From NCBI GenBank assembly GCA_002269645.1, contig NIVC01002205.1, forward strand, positions 129,157 through 193,156: 64,000 bases of DNA. The letters run 5' to 3'. This DNA comes from Macrostomum lignano. Its lineage: Eukaryota. Each line of letters opens with the position of its first letter. Positions within the stretch are counted from its first letter, which is position 1. Under the pieces are notes generated by a model. It ran no database searches. It was not told where the DNA came from and saw only the letters and a list, made by a program, of their open reading frames with translations. Position numbers and translations under genes: made by a program. Shown piece by piece: positions 1 through 12,323 of this stretch.

Positions 1-2
1 AA

Positions 3-352
3 ATCTATATTATTTTTTGTATTGAAAAGGTTGCTAAGTTTGTCTATAATCTGAAATCTAGTGTTTCTCATCCTTTTGTAGTAGGTGTCATATACAAATT
101 TATTTGCTATGAGGACCAAAGTATCTCCTACATTGGAAAAACTAAACAACACCTATACACAAGGGTCAGAGAGCACTGGCTAAAAAACTCTGCTATTAAT
201 GAACACAATTAATGCTAACTTGCAATAGTTGTTGTGATGCTGACCCATATAAGATAATGAAGGCTAATGATTTTTGCAATAGAGATCTTATGCTTTGCCT
301 ATTAAAATCCCTGTACATTAAAATGAGACAGCCCACATTAAATAGGGTATAA
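3..352 (+). mobile_element. Penelope-like retroelement remnant (GIY-YIG endonuclease C-terminus), decayed
   Basis: Frame 3 reads ...VVGVIYKFICYEDQSISYIGKTKQHLYTRVREHWLKNSAINEH* and later ...LLKSLYIKMRQPTLNRV*. This matches the PLE GIY-YIG pattern G(V/I)(I/V)Y...YIG(K/Q)T..L..R..EH...SA...H...ESL.I....P.LN. Interrupted by stops/frameshifts. Confidence 0.75.
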
Positions 353-1139
353 CAGCATGGTGCAGGTTGATCTGCACAATGTATAGGTTATGATCACTAT
401 TTTATTTGAGTATGGTAATCATTAGACCCACCCAATGATGATATTACTATATTTATGCAATGGGTAACTTAAATGACTGCTATAAAAATAACATAAGCAT
501 ATTTGATTGCATTACCATTAAAAGTTGTGAGATAAGTGCTGTCAATGGCCTAAAGTATGGTGACTTAACTGCCTTTTGTTTGGAAAAAAATATGTTTGTC
601 TACAAACTTTTGGAACAATCCTCGTATATTCTTACAATAGCAACAACAAAGTATTTTACTTGCCAATCACAAAGTGGCTAGAAAGGGTAGAGAATATATC
701 TTTGAGCCATAGCCCTAAGAAAGTCACACCCCTAGCTTGGTCTAAAGTGCCAGCATTATCATACATGTGCAACAGTTGGCCGAGTCGGCCAATCTGGCCA
801 ACCAATCTGGTGGCCAACCAAGGAAGTTGCAAAAATGCCCACCTAAAAAAATAACCAAGTAGTAGTACTAAGTAGCTGACCAGGCATTTTGGCCTAATAA
901 GACAGTCATATAGTTACTCCTGCTGTTTACCCAAAGTTGCATTAATTTTGCTTTAGGTTTTTTACATATAAGTCGCATTTTTGGCCAAAAACTACATTGC
1001 ATTTTTGTTGAAACTAAGTCACATGGCCGACCAAATTTTGGAGGTTGCGCATGTATGCAGCATTGGTCAAAAGCCTGTCAAGGTATATTGCCATTTGCCC
1101 TTGGCCTTGCCTACATAGTCCCTGCATATTGAGCAACAG

Positions 1140-3800
1140 TATCTTATGCAGTGGCTCAGAGCAGCAAGCCTCCAACTGGAAGACATGGATAGCCAGTTGA
1201 AGTCGCTACTCGCACAGCAAGTAGAAGGCTACATCAGGTGTGTCCTTGTGTAGAGTGCAGCATTGGTCTCATTGCCTAAACCACTGCACACTTCAAATGT
1301 TGCACATAGCATGGACGCATGCGCAGTATCCAATTGCCTCTCCAAAGTGTCCATCAGGGTCCAGGTCTTGATGTTGTATGACAAGACAGTCTCAACAACT
1401 GCCTGAAACAGCCAAGCCTTGAGCCTATCATCTAGGGCCTCAGAATAGAGCAAGGAGTGCACAGAACAAAATGTGACCCAGGCCAGTCCTTGTCATCTTA
1501 CTAGGTTGTTGGCAACATCTGGCATGAGGCCACTGAGGTATAGGAACCACTGGCAACAGGTAAGCATGATTACCTCCCTGGCAGCATCTTGGTAGTTGAT
1601 CTTAGCAGGCAGGTTGGAAAACACTGTGAAGTCTACCATATTCTGTGTGTTCAACATGAGGCCAACTTACAATGCTACTGCCATCAGGCCATCTAGCAGT
1701 CCACTGAGCACTTTTAGCAGACAATGATAGCAGCACAAAGTTGTCTGCTTAATAAAGAAAAAATAGAGAGCTGCTTCTCTGGGTGCTGCTGACTCATGCA
1801 TATTCTTAGCAGGAAGCTATTATCCATGTTGGGCAGGCTAGTCCTTAGCACCCAATCCAGTGCCAGCACAAACAGGAAAGGTGCCAGAGTGTCACCCTGC
1901 AGCATGCTTGACAATGTGCTAAATTGGTCCAATAGTCAATCTGGCATCATCACCAAAGCAGTCATAGCCTGGTACATCGCCATGATGGCAGAAATCAGCA
2001 GTGTTAGGCAACTTCCATTCCTCTGTTCCTCCGTTACTACTGGAAGTTACTTTTTTTAGAAGCATTACTACTGGAAGTTACTTTTTTTAGAAGCGTTACT
2101 ACTGGAAGTTACTTTTTTTAGATAACAGACTTGGTAACGGAAGTGACTTTTTGTAAGTCCATTACTTTTACAATTTTTACTTTAGTGTTATTTTCTTGTT
2201 TTACCTTTTGTGCATATTTCATATTGCATATTTGCCATTGTTTATCAGTTTATTATACCATCTCTTTAGTCTTTTTATTTGTATGTTGTTCTATTTTTTC
2301 TCTTTTCTGTGACCTTTTTAGATTTTTATATTTTATTTGTATATTTTTTTATCTGTTAACTGCATTCAATTTCTTTTTCATTTTTCGTTTTTCGTAGAAT
2401 CCTTTTCTAGAAATAAAAATCCATATTAGAGTCTGACCTCTGTTGTCTGCAACTTTGCCGAGAATTCGTTGAGAATTGAAGAATTTGTTGAAAATTCATT
2501 GAGAATTTGCTGGGAATTTGAATTCGCCAACTTACACTGTTGTCTGTTACACATGGCATCATCATCATCGTCATTGATATCCCTAACCCCAAACCCCTAG
2601 GAACATTTGGTTCCCTTTTTTGAGCTACAGGAGTCAAAAAAGACTCAAAGTGGATTTCAAATGGCAGCTCGTAACTTTCCTGGAAATTAATTTATTTAAA
2701 CAACAAAAATGCAGGATGGCCACTGAAATAATTTTGTTACTGATTAAGTGATTAATAATGAATAATGATCAGTGAATTAGTGATTATAAGGGGTTATAAC
2801 GCATTTTGTTTAGCATATAGGGATATAGAGGATATAGTACAAGTAAAAGAATATACAAATAAAAAAGTAACGGAGTACCGGAAGTTACTTTTTGTTAAAG
2901 CGTTACAGTAACTTTTACCAGAAGTTACTTTTTGTGGTAATGGAAGTTACTTTTTTGAGTAACTTGCCCAACACTGGAAATCAGTTGCTTTAGTACATTG
3001 TATGCACAAAGCATGAGAGGCAGTGTGCTGCAAACCAACAAGTTGAAAGCCTTAAAGAAGTCAATAAAGATCACCACAAGACTTGACTGATATATATGCG
3101 CCTCCTTAATGATATGGCAAAGGGCTAGGATCTGCATCACTATACCATGATGTAGGTGGAACCCATTCTGCTCAGGGTGCAGAAACTTGTCTAGCACAGG
3201 CTGCAACCAAGCTAGCAGCACATGGTTAAATAGCTTTTCAGTGCAGCACATGAGCAAGAACCCCCTGTGTTCCTTTTTCTATGTTGTACCTGGCTTCTTT
3301 GGGATTGCAACGATGTGTGCGGTTGTCTACTTGCGGGGGAGGGGGTGGCACTTCCAGAGAGGACATTGTTCATCCATTGTTCATTGGCCACTTCAGTGGC
3401 AACCCTTAAGACTTGCAGCACCTTGATAGGCACCTCATCGGGGGGTGCAACCCCCTTTCACCTGCCAAGCAAACTGCACTACATCATTGCTAGTTACTGG
3501 CTGAGTGCTGAAATCTTCCTGCAATGGCATCATTTCTGGCAGAGGCAATGGCATGTTGACAATATGAGCAAATAAGTTATGCAGCTTATTTCTATGTGCC
3601 TCTAGTATATTGCTGGTCAGATTCAGTACCATCTTCTTCTTGCAGCTAGTCAGGGCATTGATTGTAGGCCAGATAAGCCAATTCTGTTGGTTGAGCCCTG
3701 TAGAGGTAGCACTTCAAATGGCATCATCTACAGCAGCTTGCTGCTGTCTAGTATAGGCATCTGCCAGGGTTTTCTCAGCCTCGGCTGTTAGTAATTCCTA
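1140..3800 (-). mobile_element. Decayed non-LTR retrotransposon (LINE) reverse transcriptase, split by a hAT MITE at 1999-2976
   Basis: Minus strand: PEQNGF...QILAL..II.E...LVVIFIDFFKAFN (3257-2985). After removing the MITE it continues KQLIS|AIMAMYQ...LQGDTLAPFLFVLALDWVL, then post-RT LKAWLFQAVVETVLSYNIKTWTL. Many stops and frameshifts; outer ends approximate. Confidence 0.85.
1999..2976. mobile_element. Non-autonomous hAT-type MITE
   Basis: TIRs CAGTGTTAGGCAAC / GTAACTTGCCCAACACTG. Perfect 8-bp TSD GAAATCAG at 1991-1998 and 2977-2984. Subterminal GGAAGTTAC repeats. Removing it restores the LINE reading context. Confidence 0.9.
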
Positions 3801-3826
3801 TTAAAAGACCAATAAAAATGCTTTAA

Positions 3827-5169
3827 TACAAAAACACCCAAAAAAGTTTTGGCAACTGGTCAACTATTAAAAAACAGTAACTGCAAAAAACAACTGAACA
3901 TGTTATAATCCTTCAATGTAGTCTCCCCCTCTCTCAATGCACTTTTGGTGCCACTGAATCCATGCTTCAAATGCGCCATGGTACTCAGAAGCAGGTATGG
4001 CCTTCAGCTTTGAATTGATGCACTTAGCCAGGTCCTGGCATTGGTGAAAATTCCATCCTGCCAGCCGTTCAGTCAGCTTGGCGAATACCCAAAAGTTGCA
4101 AGGAGCCAAGTCAGGACTGTAGGGTGGGTGGTGGACTGGCAGATGGTCTTGATATTGTTGGCTGCCAGAAAGTTGGTCATCAGGGCCGCTGTGTGACTGG
4201 ACACATTGTCATAGTATAGGTGAACTTGCCTAGCTTGAAGCCATAGGAGCAAAGTTGCGTGAAGTGACCCCATGACTTGTGGCAGAACCGTACTGGAGTA
4301 GAAGCTAGCATTCACATTCACATTCTGTCCATTAGGCACCATAATGACAGCCACAGGCCCAGATGTGCTAATGAAGATGACAAACATCTCCTTCTAGGAC
4401 CAAAAGCTGGACTGCAAGACAGTTGGCCTCACGTCTCCAGAGCCCACCTAGGCCTTGTTATGCATTTTCTAGGGCACTTGAAAATAAAAAAACCATTTCT
4501 CATCACCTGTAACAATGTTGGAAAGCCTCTGGCTGCCTCCTAGACTAAAGTTGCGCAGGAATTCCTGGCTGCACTGCACCCTCTCCCTCTTCTGCTCTTC
4601 TGTTAGGAGGTGGGGCACCCAGCTGGTGGTGACCTTGCGGAGGCCCAGGTGGCTATGTAAGATGGTGTGTGCACTGCCATTGGAAATACTAACAGTCTCA
4701 CTAATCACAGCGACGGTAATGTTTGGATCCTTGTCCATCAGAGCCCTGATAGCAGCAATGTTGGCTTCGGTCACAGCTGTGCTGGATCATCCAGACTGGG
4801 AGTTGTTGTTCAAGGAGGCCTGTCTGGCATTGATGGACTCTATCCACCTGGCAACCGTGCGACTAGCTTGGTCCCCGACTACCTGGACCAGGTCTGCATG
4901 GATTTTGACCATACTTTCTCCAAGTTGTGAGCGCATGAAAACATAAAATTGCCACTGGTCTGGTTGCACTGGCTCCATTTTTGCCAGAGTAGAAAACACC
5001 ACCTTGCATTGGCCACGCGCAAGTATAACACATTTGAGGGAAAAAAAGTCATACTCTATGGTTAAAACCAATATATGTTTGCAATTTTGTAGAAAAATTT
5101 CAACGCTTTGTGATATGTACTTTTGGAGATATTAGGCCAGTTGCCAAAACTTTTTGAATGCCCCTCGTA
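3827..5169 (-). mobile_element. Tc1/mariner (mariner-type) transposon, transposase pseudogene
   Basis: Right TIR (rc) TA-CGAGGGGCATTCAAAAAGTTTTGGCAACTGG; degenerate left copy TA-CAAAAACACCCAAAAAAGTTTTGGCAACTGG. Transposase motifs WVPHLL, VTGDEKWF, HLYYDN and HPPYSPDLAPCNF (third Asp is Asn). Frameshifted. Confidence 0.92.
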
Positions 5170-5519
5170 TAAGATAAAACATAGATTAATTGGACAAATT
5201 TGACAAAAGTTACGTTGAAAAAAGTTTTATAATTTTTGTAAGAATTTTATGACTATGACTATTATAAAAATATTGTTGTTTCATATTTTGAATTTTTCTA
5301 AGAAAGAATGCATTTTTATATAAATTTGTGATAATAAATGCATTCTTCATATAAAAAAGGCTTTTTAGGGCTAATTTTTTTAATTTTAGATTTCACCAAA
5401 AAATCCTGTTTTTTACTTTGTTTCACTTTTTTCAAGTGGGGAAAATCAAAAACTACAATCTGGCCATATAAGGTTCTAATATAGAATTTTTCAAAGAACA
5501 AGATAGGGCAATTCCATGA

Positions 5520-7385
5520 GTGTGACAGTCGTAGCTTGATGACTTTGAACTTTAATTCTGACACGAAAAAAATACTTATACCAGAGTTTTTTGTCTCAAA
5601 AGAACAATTCTGTAATGCAGTCTAGGGAAAACAAACATTTCTGCACACAGAAATTTATTTTAAACAAATGGGACACAATTTAGTGGGCGTGACTGTCGTA
5701 GCCACAGAATTGAGCACAGGTGCAGTTGGAAAAAAAGAATTTTAAATCCTGAGAATTACAACTGCTTAGGTATCTAAATTGGTCTGTTTCTGATAAAAAA
5801 CACTAGCACCTTGAAAAAAAAGAGACAAAGCTAGGCGTAGTACTCTTTTTTATTAATTTTTATGATTATTTTTTGTTCTGACGGTCGTAGCGTGACGGTC
5901 GTAGCCTTCAATTTACCCACTAACCAACTTGGAAAAATTGAAAAGTGCATGTAACACAAACAAAAAAAGACTACTAAAGGTCATAGTTCAAATTGTACAC
6001 CAATGTTACATATTTCAATAGTAATTATAAGTGACTAAAATCATTATTATGGGGGTCATCATTGGAGCTTCCGATGGAAGGCTGCTGGACAATGACCCCA
6101 GTTGGCTATCCCATCAAGCGACCCCTGGCATCCATCTGGTAAATGGCACTAATCCAACATTAAAACATGTGTGCAATTTAACTATAAAATGAGTTAGAAA
6201 ATGCATTTGAATTAGAAAATGGTAAATTGGCTACTAGGAAAGTAACTGCTATGAGCAACTGGGGGAACAGCAAAACGCTGACAGCAAAATGAACAGTAGT
6301 TGGGGTGAACAATCATTAGCCCAGGTGAACAAAGTCAAGGGCATTTAGTCACGCATAGTCAGAGGCAGATACACACCAATAGTGAACAGTTATTTAATCA
6401 GACAGCTACAGACATATAGCCACCCAGTCGGGATACAAATTATAGTCAAACTCAAAATGGGATGGGGAACTCAAAGTGCCCACGATTGTTCTTGGGCGTG
6501 GGGGGCTGAAGATGCTGCACAATGTCTGACAGTGCATATAATAAATGCAGTCCTGCTTATTTGGCCAGCAGTAGGTGTTTGGCCCGCACTCAGCCATGAC
6601 ACTGACCTTGGCCTCTGGCTTGCCATTCTTTGTGCTGACTTTCACTACCTGGCCAGCGTACAGCTTCCTGTCGTAAGTGACAGCCACCCATTGGCCTTTG
6701 GCTAGCTGGCTGGCACTGCTGGCGTCTTCCATCACACCAGTGACACCACCAAAAGGCTGGTCACCATCAGGCCAGACAAGCTGCACAATAGACACGCCAA
6801 TGGTAGACAGGGTGGCAGAGCAGTCCACTCCGTCAGGCTTGGCTGCCCAATAGTGTAGGCGCATGATGCCGACAGTCTGGTAAAAAAGGGGTTGGTTTAT
6901 GGAATTCAAAATATATGCTTCATATTTTTTTCTCTAAAGCCTGTTGTTGTTTAATTACTTTAAGTAAACTGTGTTGTTTTTAAAAGTATTTTTGCCTTCT
7001 GTCGTAACTTTTTTACTTACCTCTGGGGCCAAAGTCAGTTAAGGCTCAAACTGCTCCACGTACTTGGCCTTGATGTCTGTCTCGTCAATGTAAATAAAGT
7101 TTAATAAATTTTAATAATGCCTTTAACTTGATTTCAATTCGTAAAAGAAGATGATATGAAAGTATACCAGCTGGTATACCATAGTGTCATTAGATACAAA
7201 ATTCCTGTGACGGTCGTAGCTAACTTTGCAGACTTTTTTCTACTAGCCCTTAAGACTTATGTGAACCAAATTTTACCAAATAAAAGTACACATGAAAGAC
7301 TATTTTTTTGTGCATTTTTACAATAGCAGGTCTTACAGGAAAGCCAAGAAAAAACTTTTTAGATTTTTTTGTGACGGTTGTAGCT
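5520..7385 (-). mobile_element. Probable DNA-transposon remnant with dispersed GTGACGGTCGTAGC motifs and a transposase-like C-terminal fragment (6406-6909)
   Basis: At least six copies of GTGAC(G/A/T)GT(C/T)GTAGC at ~5522, 5689, 5879, 5893, 7207 and 7371 flank a minus-strand ORF remnant (GQWVAVTYDRKLYAGQVVKV...VSVMAECGPNTYCWPNKQD). It resembles the SH3/Tudor-like C-terminal module of uncharacterised invertebrate transposon proteins. Ends and superfamily not resolved. Confidence 0.45.
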
Positions 7386-8518
7386 GTACTACAGTTTTTA
7401 AACTTTGAAGTCCAATATTCATTGTCCTATGAACTTTACATTAAAAAGAAATATTGCAATAAGCTGCAAAAGACACACTTAACGTATAGAAAAAAAATTA
7501 TGGCTCAATGAAATACCAAACAGCCAGGGAATGAAATTATATTTGTTATAAGAAAAGCATTATATTTAGGTCCGGGTGAAGAGTATGCACATTGGGAGCA
7601 AAAAATCAAATGAAAAAAGGCAGCAGATTAAAAAAAATAAAAAGGACAAAAATATACATGTTTAACTATATTATAAACATAAAGTTGTCATTATTCAACA
7701 ATTTTTTCATTTTTGTCCTAGTGGTGACCCATTCGTGGAATTGCCCGATATAATTAATGCCATTATATCTTGCAAAATCTTATTATGAAAAAGAAGCTTC
7801 ATAGTATATATAACCTTTTTTTCTTTTATTGAAAAGACCTTGGCCAAGTAGAGGCCTAAGTGGTTGAACTGAGCAATTAAATTTAAAAACAGCACAAAAT
7901 AAAACCTTAAACCTTAAGCTATTTGTTTCTATATTTTTATGTGCTGGAGTCTGTCTGTGAACACAGTTTAAAAATGAAAAAAATATTTAAGTTGTAAATT
8001 CTAGTGCTACATATGCCTTTTAGATATATGAATGGTTTTATTTGTTAGATTATAACAAGTTCAAGTTTGTGCCAGTGGGTAAGCTATAAATAAATTTAGT
8101 GTGAGAGTCATTTCCAGTGTCTGCTTTGGCAAATTAAATATGATGATAAACCCCTACCAACCCCATTGTATATATCCAAGACTGGTCTAACTGCCTTTAG
8201 TTATAGACTTTACAAGCCAAATCAGAAACCCAAGTTCCAAGAAAAAAACAGTATATCTATTTAACTTTGTTGAGTTTTTTACTGTCCAACAGCCTCAGGT
8301 AACACAATTTTTCACTTCTTCTTGCCTAATGCCATTCAATTATAATGACTTTATAGCATGTAATGTCCCTCTAGTTCAGGCGACAAAAAGTTATACTTTG
8401 CAAATTATATCCGGTTCTAGAACCAGAAAAAGTAATATGAAAAGGCCCATTGTGTATAAGGACTTTTGAAACACAACTGGACAAATAACCCGCAGCTGAT
8501 TCAACCCAAACCTTGCAA

Positions 8519-11426
8519 ATGTTCGGCCGGCCCAACAGCCACAGCATGTCCGGCCAGTCAAGCCCCTCCAACTCGAACTCGGCCTGGCCAGATGGCCGAC
8601 CAGACACTATTTTCTTCGAGAGTGCGCCTGGCCCAGCTCCTGTTTCTATGGCAACATATGAGCAAACGGGCGATCTCACAGAAGGCTCCGGTCACCAGAG
8701 GCCTCTGATGGCGCTGTGCATCATTCCGGAGCTGCAGTCGCGCCGGCGTGAAGACTATGTCCGGCGAGCCAAACGATTCGCCAAGGAGCAAAGTGTCAAG
8801 TTCATCATGCACCAGATGCAGGAGAAGCACCACCGCGCGGTGGGTAGAGTGTTTGCTTCATTACTGCTTTCAATTCATGAGTGAAATTTGATTAAAAAGC
8901 CGTTTAAAATTAGGATTTGTTAGTTTGTACTATTCAAGTGCTGTGGAAAATGCATTCTGTGACATCGTCCCACAGCCGGTGGGAAGGCAATTGTGGCAGA
9001 CACACTAGCGCGGGTATACATGCGCACATTCACAGGTGTCTGAATTATTCAAAGTCAGGCCATATACACTTTTACAATTTAGGGTGTCCGGGTTCGGTCC
9101 TCGTGTTGTACGAGAAAACCCCATGCTGTGACTGAGTATTGCTACCCCAGATAGATATGACCACACCTGAATTCTATCCCGCTTTGTCACAATCGTCATT
9201 GATCAATAATTATTGAATGAGCAACACTTCCCCTTGCAGCAAGTTCAGCAAGTGAAGCGAGCTCAGGCTCTGTTGCTGCTCAGCAGAATTTACGTGGGCA
9301 GCATTGCCGCTGACGTCACAGAGGAGATGCTGACTGCCGCCTTCCAAACCTACGGCACAGTAAAGGCCTGCAACATGGGTTTCGACAACGCCACCCGCAA
9401 ACACAAAGGCTATGCATTTGTTGAGTTCGAGCTGGCCGAGGCAGCCACACTGGCCATTGACGGCATGAATGGATATACCATTGGTGAGGAGTCGGAGTGC
9501 ACTGTGTCATGAGTTTATTTGGTGAGGAGTCAGAGTGCACTGTGTCATGAGTTTATTTGGTGAGGAGTCAGAGTGCACTGTGTCATGAGTTTATTTGGTG
9601 AGGAGTCGGAGTGCACTGTGTCATGAGTTTATTTGGTGAGGAGTCAGAGTGCACTGTGTCATGAGTTTATTTGGTGAGGAGTCGGAGTGCACTGTGTCAT
9701 GAGTTTATTTGGTGAGGAGTCGGAGTGCACTGTGTCATGAGTTTATTTGGTGAGGAGTCAGAGTGCACTGTGTCATGAGTTTATTTGGTGAGGAGTCGGA
9801 GTGCACTGTGTCATGAGTTTATTTGGTGAGGAGTCAGAGTGCACTGTGTCATGAGTGCATACACTGTTGATGTTAAATTAAATCCAATTTTACCTGTTCC
9901 TTCGGTACTCATCCCGCAGGAGGTCGCAACCTAAAAGTGAGTCGGCCATCAAACATTTCGAATCCAAACCCGGTGATTGACGAGCTAGTGCGCGAGGGGT
10001 CGCTGTACAGCCGCGTTTACGTGGCCAACGTGCACCCGCAACTCACCGAGTTCGAGCTGCGCTCCGTGTTTGAGGCTTTCGGCTCGCTGGTGAGCTGCAA
10101 GCTGGAGCCCGACCCCACCGTGCCCGGCGTTCACTGCGGCTTCGGCTTCATAGAGTATTCCACCCCGGAGTCTGCGATCGAGGCCATCAGTGCGATGCAT
10201 GGATTTGACCTTGGCGGGCAGCTGCTCAAGGTTGGCAGGTCAGTCTGAGACTTGCCGGTTCGATGCTTCGATATTCCGCATTTCATTCTTATCCATTATA
10301 TCTACCTGTATGTGCATAAGCATTTCAATTGGAAGAGTCGTGGGGAAATGGCTAACTACCCAGCTCTGTTCTACTCTAGAATAGGGGAAACTGTAGTAGA
10401 ATATATGGCATTGTTGGCAATTGTGAAATACCGCTTAGTTCACAAGTAAGCTGCAAAATTTGCTCAAAAATTCCTAAAATTCGAGCGTAAAGCCAGCCTT
10501 CCAAACCTTCCTTGAGTTCCTTCCTTTCAGCCAGCCTAAAATCGATGCAAAAGCTTGTTTATTCCATATCCAATTTAAAGTCGGTGTCATTTAGCGCAAT
10601 TTATGTTTTGGTGCTGAAAGAAAACTTGTGCTGCAGCTTAGTCGACTATTTAATTAAACCACCTACTCGATCCACCAGGGCCATCACTCCGCCCGTTGTG
10701 CCGGTTTCCGCCCCTCCATCCGCCCTGCCCGCGGCGGCTGCCGTTGCAGCTGCCAACATCACTGCCCAGCTCATGGCACAGCGGGCTGTGGGTCCGGCAG
10801 AGCTCAGTTCATCTGCACCTTCGGCCCCCCAGCAACAGCAACAACAGCAGCAGCAACAGCAGCAGCAACAGCAGCAGACCCAGAATCAGCAGCCGCAGGT
10901 ATCGCAGCAGCAATCGGAACAGCCGCAGGTGTCGCAGGCAGCTGCAGCTCTGGCGCCTCCTCCGCCTGTCGCAGCTGCAATGGCGGCTGCGGCAGCGGCG
11001 GGGATGACTGAGAGGCAGCAGCAGCAGCTAATGGAGGATGATGCGATGCTGGGCCAACAACCGGAGAGCGTTGAGCACGAGAACGACTTCATCAGGGGCC
11101 AGGAGGCTAGGCGGCTGGTGATGCGGAAGCTGATGATGCGGGCCGCACCACCCAGGGTGCTCCTGCTGCGCAACATGGTCACGCCGCAGGATTTGGACGA
11201 AGACCTGGAGTCCGAAGTGTCCGCCGAGTGCGCCAAGTTTGGCAGCGTCCAGCGGGTGGTCATCCTTGAGCAGGCGGACTCCGTGCGGGTGTTCGTTGAG
11301 TTCGAGGACTCGGCTGGGGCTGAGGCTGCCTGCCGTGCCATGGCTGGTCGCTTCTTCGGCGGCAGGGAGGTTCGGGCAGATCTGTACGAGCAGGAGCTGT
11401 GGGAAGCCGGTGACCTCACCCAGTGA
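8519..11426 (+). CDS. PUF60: Poly(U)-binding splicing factor PUF60/half-pint; exons ~8519-8839, 9240-9483, 9920-10238, 10679-11426
   Basis: N-terminal YEQTGDL...AKRFAKEQSVK. RRM1 RIYVGSI...KHKGYAFVEF. Splice-restored junctions NGYTIG|GRNLKVSRPSN and KVGR|AITPP. RRM2 RVYVANVH. C-terminal UHM LLRNMV...EVSAECAKFG...GRFFGGREV. All introns GT-AG with matching phases (0, 1, 2). Start codon uncertain (ATG 8519 or 8546). Confidence 0.95.
9483..9855 (+). repeat. 38-bp intronic minisatellite (~10 copies) whose unit contains the 5' splice site
   Basis: Unit GGTGAGGAGTC(G/A)GAGTGCACTGTGTCATGAGTTTATTT. GTGAGG recurs at 9484+38n (n=0-9). Confidence 0.97.
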
Positions 11427-12323
11427 CTGACATGCCTTTCTCCCTGTTCATTAACTGCATCTTTGTGTGCTCTGATTGGTTTAATTTTCACCTGACTTGC
11501 TGTCCGACATTCTGTCATTCGAAGCCACCAAGACAGAAACAGTCAACGGCCAGAGCGGGTTTGTTAACTGGTATGAAATGTAGCAATCTTAAGCCCGCGG
11601 TTTCTTAGTCTGGTTGTGTATCTGAGTACAGTTAATGGACTGGGCTGCTGCTCACTGTGGCAGCGAATCTGTACAGTGTTTTTAATCTTGTGTTACTATT
11701 GCAGCCCGAAGGCAAAAATAAAAGTGCATTGCGTTTTCTAAATTGTGTTGCTCTGATTGCACTGCGCTAAGGCAGCGTCTTAATCCGGATTCATATCCGT
11801 GCTTTCTTCCTGTAAACTCATTTCAGCTAGATTAGTGAGTCCAGGAATCTATTCTGGCTGGTTTGAGCACAATTGTCTCATAACAGCTCTCTGGGTGCTC
11901 CAAAGGAACCGAGATTTCTTGGAGTTTGTTACGAATTGTGACTGCGTCTAATAGTTTTCTGAATCCTTCCTAAGAATAAAGAATATCATTGTGATGATGC
12001 ATGTAGGTTTTAACGCTGTGGGTAAAATTGTAGCGACGTCACTCGACAATCCCCTCACAATTATTGTATTCCACGTCAGTACGAGCGTAGTTTATCTCGG
12101 TTGTTTGGTTTGCCGCGTACTTGCCTGCAATGACTTGCTTCCGTTTGGAGTAAGCAACACTGTTGTACATGTCCGTACTTGTACGATGAGCTTACGATGT
12201 CTTACTTATTTCGTGCTGGCAAGTTCAGGCAAAGGTAAAGACCGTCTTCCTTTTGTAAAGGTACTCGAGACTTTGGACACTTCGCTGGAACAGCAAATCG
12301 ACGTGGCGCACGCTGGCCTGCAG

